Source: Gemmatimonas sp. (lineage in GTDB: Bacteria; Gemmatimonadota; Gemmatimonadetes; Gemmatimonadales; Gemmatimonadaceae). Taken from it: a stretch of 64,000 nucleotides of DNA. The notes under the pieces are model-generated. The model was not told the DNA's origin. It worked only from the letters and a program-made list of their open reading frames with translations, and ran no database searches. This document shows positions 50,402 through 59,453 of this stretch, piece by piece. Each line of letters opens with the position of its first letter. The first letter of the stretch is position 1. The DNA is taken from NCBI GenBank assembly GCA_965279375.1, contig OZ257156.1, forward strand, positions 1,600,001 through 1,664,000. Reading direction: 5' to 3'. Both the position numbers and the translations under genes were made by a program.

Positions 50402-51820
50402 TCAGAGCGCAGCCTCGCTGCCGAACGTCGGTGCCGCGAGGCTGGCGTGTGCCTGTTCGAGCTGTCGTGCGACGGCGTTCGGACCCGTGCCACCATCGAT
50501 GTTGCGCGCTTCGAGTGAGGCGCGCGCGCCCAGCGCAGTGATTGCGTCGTCGCCAAAGAGCGGATGCGCCGCTTTGATGCGCTCCAGCGGCGACTGGTCC
50601 AGCTCAATGCCTTCTTCCTCCGCCTGACGCACCAGTGAACCCACGGCGCCGTGCGCTTCGCGGAACGTCGCGCCGCGACGCACCAGATAGTCGGCGAGGT
50701 CGGTGGCCATCATCGCGCTGGATACGGCCCCGCGCATGCGCTCCGTGTTGAAACGCAGCTCGGCGATGGCACCTGCGACTGCAGGCAGCACGAGTAGCAG
50801 CGTGTCTACGGCATTGAACATCGCGCGCTTGTCGTCCTGCAGGTCCTTGCTGTAGCCGCTGGGCAGCCCCTTGATCGTGCCCATGAGCGAGACGAGATCG
50901 CCCAGCACGCGGGCACCACCGCCGCGCGCGAGTTCGAAGACGTCCGGATTGCGCTTCTGCGGCATCATGCTCGAGCCGGTGGAGAAGCCGTCGCCGAACT
51001 TCACGAAGCCGAACTCACTGGTGCCGTACACGATCATGTCTTCGGCGATGCGCGAGCAGTGCGCGGCGATCATCGCGCAGACGAACAGCGTCTCCGCTAC
51101 GAAATCACGATCGCCCGTGGCATCGATGCTGTTCTGCGAGATCTCTGCAAAGCCAAGCTCGCGCTGCAGCAGCTGGCGCGAGACAGGGAACGCCGAGCCG
51201 GCGATGGCACCTGAACCCAACGGCATGGTGGCCGTGCCGCGATGGGCCGCGGCGAGACGGGTGCGATCGCGATGGAGCGGCCAGAAGTGCGACAGCAGCC
51301 AGTGCGTTCCGCTCACGGGCTGCGCGCGCTGCATGTGCGTGTACGCGGGGAGCATCGCGTCGGTGAGCGTCTCGGCCTGCGCCAGCAGGGCGCCCTGCAG
51401 GTCACGCACGGCCGCATCGAGGCGCGCATGCGCATCCATCGTCCACAGGCGGGATGCGGTGGCTACCTGATCGTTGCGGGAGCGGCCTGTATGCAGCTTG
51501 GACGCGACCGTGCCGGCCTCTTCGTGGAGCAGCCGGTCGATCATGGTGTGAATGTCTTCGTCTGTGGCCACGGGCTGCGCGCCGGCGGCGATGCGCGCGC
51601 CAACCCGATCGAGCCCATCGCGGAGCGCCGTCGCTTCTTCGGTGGTGAGCACGCCACCTTCGCCCAGCGCGAGCGCCCACGCGCGCGAGAGCCGCACGTC
51701 GAAGGGCCAGAGGCGGAAGTCGGTGCCGATGGAGCGATTCAGCGCATCGAGCAGTGGCGACGGGCCGCCCGCGAAGCGACCGCCCCAGAGCTTGTGCGTG
51801 CCGGCGGATTCCGCGCTCAT
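50402..51820 (-). CDS. argH: Argininosuccinate lyase
   Basis: LWGGRF, HTGRSRNDQ, YTHMQRAQP and GSSMMPQKRNPD. Confidence 0.97.
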   Translation of the reverse strand: MSAESAGTHKLWGGRFAGGPSPLLDALNRSIGTDFRLWPFDVRLSRAWALALGEGGVLTTEEATALRDGLDRVGARIAAGAQPVATDEDIHTMIDRLLHEEAGTVASKLHTGRSRNDQVATASRLWTMDAHARLDAAVRDLQGALLAQAETLTDAMLPAYTHMQRAQPVSGTHWLLSHFWPLHRDRTRLAAAHRGTATMPLGSGAIAGSAFPVSRQLLQRELGFAEISQNSIDATGDRDFVAETLFVCAMIAAHCSRIAEDMIVYGTSEFGFVKFGDGFSTGSSMMPQKRNPDVFELARGGGARVLGDLVSLMGTIKGLPSGYSKDLQDDKRAMFNAVDTLLLVLPAVAGAIAELRFNTERMRGAVSSAMMATDLADYLVRRGATFREAHGAVGSLVRQAEEEGIELDQSPLERIKAAHPLFGDDAITALGARASLEARNIDGGTGPNAVARQLEQAHASLAAPTFGSEAAL

Positions 51821-51937
51821 GACAGCACCACAACGGCAGCGGAGGCGACGATATCCGTCGCGAAGATCAGGCGGAGCGCAGAGATCTGAAGCATGTCGAG
51901 AGCGAGGGAGACGCGTGCCGGAGAGTGCCCGCACTGT

Positions 51938-51976
51938 GACAGATAACTATGCAGCGCGATTGCATAATGGCGCGCG
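51938..51976. promoter_or_regulatory. Tandem ARG boxes upstream of argH
   Basis: ATGCA-N7-TGCAT junction, as expected for two 18-bp boxes with a 3-bp spacer; outer halves degenerate. Confidence 0.6.
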
Positions 51977-52041
51977 ACGCAGAGTGTCGAGGCAGGCGAA
52001 ATCACGCCGAGCCGAATGGGAAAAGCAAGCGCGTGCGGTGG

Positions 52042-52509
52042 CTACTGATGGCCGCGCAGATACTCCTTGAGGCGGCGCACGACACGCTCGCGGCCGGGCA
52101 CGGAACGACAGATGATCAGCACGGTGTTGTCGCCAGCGATGGTGCCGGCGATATCGGGCCAGCCGGCGTGGTCCAGCGCTTCCGCCACCGGCTGTGCGCC
52201 CGACGCCACGGTGCGCGCCACGACCATCACCTGCACCGCTTCCACGCTCAGCAGAAACTGCGGCAGCATCGCCTCGAACCGACGCGCCTCGGCGTCGCTC
52301 GCGCCATTCTCGGGAAAGGCGTACCGCACACGCCCTTGCTCGTCAGGGATGCGCGCCAGGCGCAGCTCGCGCAGATCGCGCGAGAGCGTCGATTGCGTTA
52401 CGTCCCAACCACGTCGTGTCAGCTGTCGTCGGAGCTCTTCCTGGCTCGCGACCATCTTGGCGGTCACGATCTCCCGGATTGCGTTGTGTCGATCGGTTTT
52501 GTCGGCCAC
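52042..52509 (-). CDS. argR: Arginine repressor
   Basis: SQEEL, VTQSTLSRDLREL and GTIAGDNTVL; AAGGA SD before GTG 52509. Confidence 0.95.
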   Translation of the reverse strand: MADKTDRHNAIREIVTAKMVASQEELRRQLTRRGWDVTQSTLSRDLRELRLARIPDEQGRVRYAFPENGASDAEARRFEAMLPQFLLSVEAVQVMVVARTVASGAQPVAEALDHAGWPDIAGTIAGDNTVLIICRSVPGRERVVRRLKEYLRGHQ

Positions 52510-52618
52510 GTGAGTTCCTTCCAGTCGTTCAGTCGAGAGCTGCAATCCGGTCGTTCTGCACCGTACTGCATGGGCCGTCCGCGCAGAGCCAGCAGGAGAT
52601 CGCGTCCGAGCGAATCCG

Positions 52619-52670
52619 TTGACAGAGCCCGGATGGGAAATTATGCATTCTGAGTGAATAGTATTCCTGT
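52619..52670 (+). promoter_or_regulatory. argC promoter overlapped by tandem ARG boxes
   Basis: TTGACA (52619-24), 17 nt, TATGCA; ATGCA-N7-TGAAT junction (boxes 52632-52649 and 52653-52670). Confidence 0.65.
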
Positions 52671-53655
52671 CGGGGTCCTCGGCGCTAGCGGGTATTCAGG
52701 ACGCGAACTCTGCGCCCTCATCGCCGGCCACCCTCAGCTCTCGTTGGCGTTCGCCACGGCGAACGCGCAGAAAGGCACCACGCTACGCGTGCGTGCCGGT
52801 GGGCGCGTGCATCCGATATCCCTCGTCGGTACCGACGAGATCGATCTCACCAGCGCGAAGCTCGTCTTTGCGGCGCTGCCGCATGGCGCGTCGGCGGAGT
52901 GGGTGGCCAAGGTCATCGCGGCCGGTGTGCGTGTGGTCGATCTCTCGAGCGACCTGCGCCCCGGGCACGGTGGGGTGCTGCATGGTTTGCCGGAAGGCGT
53001 GCCGTATGATGCCCCGTATGGTCTCACCGAGTGGCACCGCGACTCCATTCGCGGCGCGTCGGTGGTGGCCAATCCCGGCTGCTACGCCACCAGCATCCTC
53101 ATGGCGCTCGCGCCGCTGGCCCAAGCTGGACTGATCGCGCCGGGCGCGACGATCAACATCTCATCGGCCAGCGGTGTCAGTGGCGCCGGTGCCAGCCCCA
53201 AGCTCGAGCTGCTCTACGCCGAGGTGACGGAGAACTTTCGCGCGTACAGCGTGGGGAATGCGCACCGCCATCTGTTCGAGATGCGTGCGTCCTTGCAGCA
53301 GTTGGGCGCCGACTGTGACTTGTTGTTCACGCCGCACCTGCTTCCCGTCGATCGTGGCATTCTCTCCACGATCTCGGTCCCGCTCGCGCGTCCCGTCGAC
53401 GACGCGATGGCACCGTTCCGTGACGCGTATGCCAACGAGCCGTTCGTCGAGCTCACCAGCGACTTGCCGGCGCTGACGGATGTGGCGCATCGCAACGTCG
53501 TCCGGCTGAACGCGCGAATTCCTCAGGGCGTGCGCACGCCGACGATGCTGATCTTCAGCGCGCTCGACAATCTCGTGAAAGGCGCCGCCGGTCAGGCGAT
53601 GCAGAACGCCAATCTCATGTTGGGTCTCGACGAAACGTCGGGACTCGCGCGCTGA
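52654..53655 (+). CDS. argC: N-acetyl-gamma-glutamyl-phosphate reductase
   Basis: GASGYSG, ALPHG, ANPGCYAT, SGVSGAG and DNLVKGAAGQA. Confidence 0.96.
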   Translation: MNSIPVGVLGASGYSGRELCALIAGHPQLSLAFATANAQKGTTLRVRAGGRVHPISLVGTDEIDLTSAKLVFAALPHGASAEWVAKVIAAGVRVVDLSSDLRPGHGGVLHGLPEGVPYDAPYGLTEWHRDSIRGASVVANPGCYATSILMALAPLAQAGLIAPGATINISSASGVSGAGASPKLELLYAEVTENFRAYSVGNAHRHLFEMRASLQQLGADCDLLFTPHLLPVDRGILSTISVPLARPVDDAMAPFRDAYANEPFVELTSDLPALTDVAHRNVVRLNARIPQGVRTPTMLIFSALDNLVKGAAGQAMQNANLMLGLDETSGLAR

Positions 53656-53714
53656 CCGTTCGCACGCTCCGTCGCCGCTCCACGCATCTCCAAAGCTTCT
53701 CCCTCGCAACTTCT

Positions 53715-53762
53715 TCGCGTTTCCATCGCGCTTCCATCGCGCTTCCATCGCGTCTCCATCGC
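53715..53762 (+). repeat. 11-bp tandem repeat (tcgcgcttcca), 4 units
   Basis: tcgcgtttcca tcgcgcttcca tcgcgcttcca tcgcgtctcca tcgc, directly before the argB ATG. Confidence 0.85.
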
Positions 53763-53764
53763 CC

Positions 53765-54601
53765 ATGAACATCGCCGCTCTCGCCGCCACCATCGCGGCT
53801 AACACCGCCATCAACGCGTCGCTCGCCGCCGCGCGCCAGGCGGCTGTCGGTCCGTTGGTGGTGAAGCTGGGCGGCCGGACGCAATCCGATTCGGCGCTGC
53901 CGGCCGCGCTGGCTGCGCTCTGGACCGCCACGGAAGGCAAGCTGGTGATCGTGCACGGCGGTGGTGATCAGATCAGCGCGCTGCAGCGACTGCACGGAGA
54001 AGAGCCGGTGTTCGTCGGTGGTCGTCGCGTGACGACCGACGGTGCGCTCGAACTCGTGCGCATGGTCCTCTCCGGTCTCGCCAACAAGCAACTCGTCTCC
54101 GCACTCACCGCGGCCGGTGCGCCTGCGGTCGGTATCTCCGGCGAAGATGGCGCCACGCTGCGCGCAGAGCCGATCGACGTGGCGACCTTCGGTCAGTCGG
54201 GGACGCCCACCGGTGTCGAGCCGCGTTTGGTGCAGACGCTGCTCGCCGCTGGCTACTTGCCGGTGATCTCGCCGGTGGCCACGCACGCCGATAGCGCGGT
54301 GGGCGGCGCGCTCAACGTGAACGGTGATGACGCCGCTGCGGCGATCGCCGCCGCACTCGATGCGTCTGAGCTGTTTCTGCTCGCCGACGTGCCTGGCGTG
54401 CTCGACGGCGACAAGCAGCGCGTGCCCACGCTCACGCTCGAGGAAACACGCGCGCTCGTTGCGTCCGGTGTCGCCGGCGGTGGCATGGCCGCCAAGCTCG
54501 ATGCCTGCGCGCAGGCGCTCGCTGGTGGTGTGGGACGTGTACGCATCGGCGATCTCGCCGCCCTCACCGTGCCGGATGCCGGCACATCGATCGTTCGATA
54601 G
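53765..54601 (+). CDS. argB: Acetylglutamate kinase
   Basis: VVKLGG, VHGGG, GRRVT, NVNGD, DVPGV and GGMAAK. Confidence 0.94.
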   Translation: MNIAALAATIAANTAINASLAAARQAAVGPLVVKLGGRTQSDSALPAALAALWTATEGKLVIVHGGGDQISALQRLHGEEPVFVGGRRVTTDGALELVRMVLSGLANKQLVSALTAAGAPAVGISGEDGATLRAEPIDVATFGQSGTPTGVEPRLVQTLLAAGYLPVISPVATHADSAVGGALNVNGDDAAAAIAAALDASELFLLADVPGVLDGDKQRVPTLTLEETRALVASGVAGGGMAAKLDACAQALAGGVGRVRIGDLAALTVPDAGTSIVR

Positions 54602-54686
54602 CACCACCGACCCGCTCGAGTTCTCGCTGGTGTTTTACCGCAGTTCTGTCGTTGTCCCGCAGTCGTCTCTTTCCGAGTAGCCAATC

Positions 54687-55919
54687 ATGACCGCTCCTTC
54701 GACCGCCACGCCCGTTGCATCGCCGGCTGCTTTCGTGCCGCCGGCCCCCGCTGCCGCGCCGACTCCGATTCTCGGCACGTACAAGCGACAGGCGCCGCTG
54801 TTCGTCCGAGGAGAGGGCGTCTACATGTACGACGCGGACGGCAAGCGCTATCTCGATCTGGTCGCCGGCATTGCCGTCACCTCACTCGGCCACGCCGACG
54901 CTGGTGTGAAGAAGGCGATTGAGGAGACGCTCGCTACGGGGCTCATCCACACGTCCAACCTGTATCGCACCGAGCCGGGCGAAGCGCTCGCCAGCTGGCT
55001 CGTGGCGCACTCGTTCGCGTCGAGCGTGTTCTTCTGCAACTCGGGTGCGGAAGCCAACGAAGGCGCGTTCAAGTTCGCCCGTCGTTGGGCAGGCACGACG
55101 GGGCATCCCGCCAAGCACGAAATCATCGCGCTGCGCGGTGCGTTCCATGGACGCATGCCCGGCACGCTGGCCGCGACCGATCGGCCGGCGTATCGACTGC
55201 CGTTTCGACCGCTGATGGGCGGCGTGCGCATTGTGGAGCGCGATCTCGAGGAGCTGCGCATCGTGCTCGATTCCGAGACGGCTGCGGCGGTGATCGTGGA
55301 GCCGATTCAGGGTGAAGGTGGCGTGCGTGTGGTGGACCCCGAGTTCCTGCGCGGTCTCCGGCAGCTCACGCGCGAACGCAACGTGCTGCTCATTCTGGAC
55401 GAGATTCAGTGCGGTCTTGGACGCACCGGTTCGTTCTTCGCCTACGAGCAGTTGGGCTTCGAGCCGGACATGCTGACGATGGCCAAGCCGCTCGCTGGCG
55501 GCCTGCCGATGGGCGCGATTCTGGTGAACGACACCGTAGCGGCCGCGATGCAGCCGGGCGATCACGGCACCACGTTCGGCGGTGGTCCGCTGCTCGCCAA
55601 CGTGGCGCATCATGTGGTGCAGCGTCTCTCCGAGCCCGCGCTCCTCAAGCACGTGCAGGAAACGGGCGCCTGGTTTGGTGAGCAACTGCAGGCCCTCTCC
55701 GATCGCACGGGACGCATTCGCGCCATCCGCGGCAAGGGACTGATGTGGGGCGTGGATGTGAGCGAGCCCGCTGGCGCGATCATCCAGCGCGCGTTCGCGA
55801 AGGGGCTGCTGCTCGTCAGCGCCGGCGATCACACGCTGCGCTTCCTGCCGCCGCTGGTCATCACCAAGGCCGAGCTAGCGGAAGGACTGCGGATTCTCGA
55901 AGAGGCGCTTGTCGGGTAG
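54687..55919 (+). CDS. argD: Acetylornithine aminotransferase
   Basis: NSGAEANE, FHGR, EPIQGEGG, DEIQCGLGRTG, AKPLAGG and HGTTFGG. Confidence 0.94.
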   Translation: MTAPSTATPVASPAAFVPPAPAAAPTPILGTYKRQAPLFVRGEGVYMYDADGKRYLDLVAGIAVTSLGHADAGVKKAIEETLATGLIHTSNLYRTEPGEALASWLVAHSFASSVFFCNSGAEANEGAFKFARRWAGTTGHPAKHEIIALRGAFHGRMPGTLAATDRPAYRLPFRPLMGGVRIVERDLEELRIVLDSETAAAVIVEPIQGEGGVRVVDPEFLRGLRQLTRERNVLLILDEIQCGLGRTGSFFAYEQLGFEPDMLTMAKPLAGGLPMGAILVNDTVAAAMQPGDHGTTFGGGPLLANVAHHVVQRLSEPALLKHVQETGAWFGEQLQALSDRTGRIRAIRGKGLMWGVDVSEPAGAIIQRAFAKGLLLVSAGDHTLRFLPPLVITKAELAEGLRILEEALVG

Positions 55920-55965
55920 CAACGCTCTGCCGTGATGCTCGATATCCGAGGTGGGGATAGCAGCA

Positions 55966-56106
55966 GATGAACTGCCCTGCCACGGATAGGAGCCGATAGA
56001 AACGGAAGAAGCTCACGGATACTACGAAAACAACAATTGTTGTTTGCAGTATCCGCGAGCTTTTTTCCGTGTGAATCCGTTGGTATCCGTGGCAGGGCCG
56101 TTCATC
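55966..56106. repeat. ~140-bp palindromic REP/REPIN-like element, copy 3
   Basis: Arms gatgaactgccctgccacggata and tatccgtggcagggccgttcatc; centre nearly identical to copy 2. Confidence 0.9.
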
Positions 56107-56137
56107 CGTTCGTATCCGCCCCCATCCCCTGGCCGTC

Positions 56138-56788
56138 ATGTACATCCCCGGCTCCTTTCGCGAATCCGATCCCGCGGTGATGTGCGACTTCATCGCGGAC
56201 CATCCATTCGGCGCGCTGGTCACCGCGTCGCCGACGAGCGGGATCTTTGCCACGCATCTGCCCTTCCTGCTCCAGCGCGAGCGCGGCACGCACGGCGTGC
56301 TGCAGGGACACATCGCGCGTGCCAACCCGCATCACGATCTGCCGGACACGGCCGCCGAGGCGCTGGTGATCTTCACCGGTCCTGACGCCTACATCACGCC
56401 GACGTGGTACGCCAGCAAGCGCGAGCACGCCAAGGTGGTGCCCACCTGGAACTACGTCGCAATTCACGTCTACGGCACTCTGCGCTTCGTCGACGACCAC
56501 GCGTTTCTCATGCAGCACCTCGACGCGCTCACCGACTCGCATGAATCCACACAGCCGCATCCGTGGGCGATGCACGACGCGCCGAGCGATTTTCTCGAGC
56601 AACTCGCGCGCGCAACCATTGGCGTCGAGATCGAAATCACGCGACTCGAAGGCAAGTGGAAGATGAGTCAGAACCGTCCCGCTGCCGACGTCGATGGCGT
56701 GATCGACGGACTCGCCGCGTCGGACGACCCGCACGCGCACGCGGTTGGCGAACAGGTGCGCGCGAGAAAAATTTTCCGCGCTCACTAG
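56138..56788 (+). CDS. PaiB-like FMN-binding negative transcriptional regulator family protein
   Basis: MYIP..F, THLPF, GHIARANP, VPTWNY and KMSQNR. Confidence 0.9.
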   Translation: MYIPGSFRESDPAVMCDFIADHPFGALVTASPTSGIFATHLPFLLQRERGTHGVLQGHIARANPHHDLPDTAAEALVIFTGPDAYITPTWYASKREHAKVVPTWNYVAIHVYGTLRFVDDHAFLMQHLDALTDSHESTQPHPWAMHDAPSDFLEQLARATIGVEIEITRLEGKWKMSQNRPAADVDGVIDGLAASDDPHAHAVGEQVRARKIFRAH

Positions 56789-57065
56789 TGCGCGTCGGAG
56801 AATTGCGCAATATTTGCGTTGCCTTCACGTGCCTCCGTGAACGGTGCGGTTTTGCCACGCGACGTTTGCGTGTCGGCGGCCGCGAGAGCAACACGCTCCG
56901 CGTAGCTCGCTCACCGGCGGTGTAGCACCTGTCCTGACGCGTCGATCCGGCGGCGCGTACGAGGCCGGACAGGTGCCGCCGGTTGAGCTGCCCCCGCCAT
57001 CTCGTTGCAATGCGGTTGCACGCAGAGAGCAACCAGTGCCGTCCCAGCGCGCTAGTTTCCACCGC

Positions 57066-58703
57066 ATGCCGACCTACTCCGCTCCTCGTGCGGCGTCCGC
57101 ATATCTGCTGACGCTGCTCTCGCTCGCCTTGCCCGCCACGCTCGCCGCACAAGCGAAGGCGCAGGCGAATACCAAGCCCGCCGCACTGCCGCCAACGCTC
57201 GTCGTACAGATCACCGTCGATCAGCTGCGCCCAGACTACTTCGATCGCTTCGCACCGCAGCTCTCCGGCGGACTCGGACGGCTCATGCGTCAGGGCGCGC
57301 GCTTCACCAACGGCTTCCACGATCACGCCACGACCGAGACGGCGCCGGGTCATGCCACGCTCTGGTCTGGTCGCTATCCCGCGCACACCGGCGTCGTGCT
57401 CAACGAGATCGGCGTCGCCGATCCGCAGTCGCCGCTCCTGTTCGGTCGCGGCGGGGGCGCATCGCCGTATCGCTTCCGCGGCTCCGCGCTCTTCGACTGG
57501 GTTCGCACCGCCGATCAGTTCAGCCGCGCACTCTCCGTCTCGCGCAAGGATCGCGGCGCCATTCTCCCGCTCGGCCGCGCCAAGCAAAACGTCTACTGGT
57601 ACTCGCTCGACGGACGCTTCACCACGAGCAAGTACTACGGCGATACCATCCCCACTTGGGTGCAGAAGTACAACGCGACCAATCCCGTCGCACGCTACCT
57701 GGGCACCGAATGGACACCACTTCTCGCCGCCTCCGAGTATCCCGAGAAGGACTCGGTGCCGTACGAGAGTCAGGGGAAGGACTTCGTCTTCCCGCACAAG
57801 CTCGCGTCCGATGTGCGCACCGGTACCAGCGACTTCACGGAGTTTCCGTGGATGGATGACATCACCGTGGACTTCGCGCTCGCCGGCGTGAACGCGCTCG
57901 ACCTAGGCAAGGGTCCGTCGGTCGACGTGCTGGCCGTCTCGCTCTCCACCACGGACGCCGTCGGACATCGCTACGGCCCGGAGTCCAAGGAGCTGCACGA
58001 TCAGGTGCTGCGCGTCGATCGCGCACTCGGCCGCCTCATCGATTCGCTCTACAAGCTGCGGGACTCCACGCGCATCGTCTTCGCGCTGGGTGCGGACCAC
58101 GGCGTCGCGCCCTTTCCGGAGTCGCATTTTTCCGGCACCGATCCGGATCGCGGGCGCGTCGATCCGCGCCCCGTCATCGATTCGGCGCGCAGCCGTCTCG
58201 CCGCACGTGGCGTGGAAGGGGACGCGCTGCTGCTGCAGTCGGGGATCATCTCGCTCGATCGCGCTCGCCTCGCCGCCCGCGGCATCAAGGCCGACTCGGT
58301 GGTGGAAGCCGTGCGTACCGCGCTGCTGCGCGACAAGGGTGTCATGCGCGTCGATCGGGTCTCGCAGCTGGCCGCCGGCGCGGCCAAGGGCGACAAGTAT
58401 TCGCGCCGCTGGTTGCACTCCGTCCCGCCTGACCTCAAGGCCGTGCTGACAGTGACGCTCAAGCCGTACTTCTATTGGTACACGACGCGCTACGCCACAC
58501 ACGGCACGCCGCACGACTACGACGCGCACATCCCCATGCTCTTTATGGGCCCGATGTTCGTTCCGGGCACCTATCCCAAGCCGGTGCGTTCAGTGGACAT
58601 CGCCCCCACGCTCGCCGCCGCGATCGGAATCGAGCCCACGGAGACGGTGGATGGCCGAGTGCTGGTCGAGGCGATGCGCAAGCCGCAGTCCCGCAAGCCG
58701 TAA
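57066..58703 (+). CDS. Alkaline phosphatase superfamily protein, PafA-like (Thr nucleophile)
   Basis: VDQLR, TETAPGHAT, KDR.AI, D.VGH.YGP, ADHG and HGTP..YD. Confidence 0.9.
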   Translation: MPTYSAPRAASAYLLTLLSLALPATLAAQAKAQANTKPAALPPTLVVQITVDQLRPDYFDRFAPQLSGGLGRLMRQGARFTNGFHDHATTETAPGHATLWSGRYPAHTGVVLNEIGVADPQSPLLFGRGGGASPYRFRGSALFDWVRTADQFSRALSVSRKDRGAILPLGRAKQNVYWYSLDGRFTTSKYYGDTIPTWVQKYNATNPVARYLGTEWTPLLAASEYPEKDSVPYESQGKDFVFPHKLASDVRTGTSDFTEFPWMDDITVDFALAGVNALDLGKGPSVDVLAVSLSTTDAVGHRYGPESKELHDQVLRVDRALGRLIDSLYKLRDSTRIVFALGADHGVAPFPESHFSGTDPDRGRVDPRPVIDSARSRLAARGVEGDALLLQSGIISLDRARLAARGIKADSVVEAVRTALLRDKGVMRVDRVSQLAAGAAKGDKYSRRWLHSVPPDLKAVLTVTLKPYFYWYTTRYATHGTPHDYDAHIPMLFMGPMFVPGTYPKPVRSVDIAPTLAAAIGIEPTETVDGRVLVEAMRKPQSRKP

Positions 58704-58723
58704 ACCATTGAGGGTCGCAGCGC

Positions 58724-59347
58724 ATGACTGACGAGGGCGACGATTCGGCAACACACGGACTGCATCGCGCCTTCGACGAAATGCGTTTCAGCAGCGCGCG
58801 CACGCTCAACCTGCGCGCGCTGCAACCCACCGCCTCACAGGCGGCGACGCTCGCCGAGCAGTGGCTGCGCGGCAAGCAGATGGAAGGCGCCAACGAAGCG
58901 CTGGTCATTACCGGACGCGGCAATCGCAGTGTGGACGGCTACTCGCCGGTGCGCGAAGCGATCGTGAAGCTGCTGCCGTCGTTGCGCCGTCGAAACGTGC
59001 TGGCCACGTACGCGGAGCACACGCCCGGTTCGTTCGTGGTGACGTTCGCGGCCGTGCGCGCCCTCTTCGAGGCGCCCAAGCGCCGGCGTGAGCCGATCAA
59101 GCCGATGCCGCCCGTCGCGCCGGCCGCCCTCGACGCCCTCGACGGCGAGACGTTGCTCATCATGCGCGAGCTCGCCGCCACCACGCTTGCCTCGCTCGGC
59201 ATTCATTCCCCCACGCGGGCGATGGTGGAAGACGAAATGTGCCGGCAATTCGCACAGCTGAGTGCTGGACTACCGGCCACCACCGATCGCGAAGCGACCT
59301 TGCAGCAAGCCGCATTGCGCGCGCTCGAGGAATTCGAAGCGAGCTAG
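58724..59347 (+). CDS. Stand-alone Smr-domain protein
   Basis: LNLR, LVITGRGNRS and PGSFVV. Confidence 0.7.
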   Translation: MTDEGDDSATHGLHRAFDEMRFSSARTLNLRALQPTASQAATLAEQWLRGKQMEGANEALVITGRGNRSVDGYSPVREAIVKLLPSLRRRNVLATYAEHTPGSFVVTFAAVRALFEAPKRRREPIKPMPPVAPAALDALDGETLLIMRELAATTLASLGIHSPTRAMVEDEMCRQFAQLSAGLPATTDREATLQQAALRALEEFEAS

Positions 59348-59453
59348 TCGCAGGGCACGCGGCAGCGCACCCTTGCCGTGCGCGTACCGAAACGGCACTG
59401 TCCGATGATCCGTGCCGCTGCTCCCCGCTCTCTGTTTCTCCGAGGCTGCCTTG

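Noticed and set aside
26456..56106. The palindromic repeats as a CRISPR array or intact IS
   Set aside because: Copies are dispersed, with no spacers, cas genes, transposase ORF or visible target-site duplication.
56909..56988. Hairpin as SRP RNA, 6S RNA or tRNA
   Set aside because: Lacks the SRP GGAA-loop/AGCAG motif, is too short for 6S, and has no cloverleaf.
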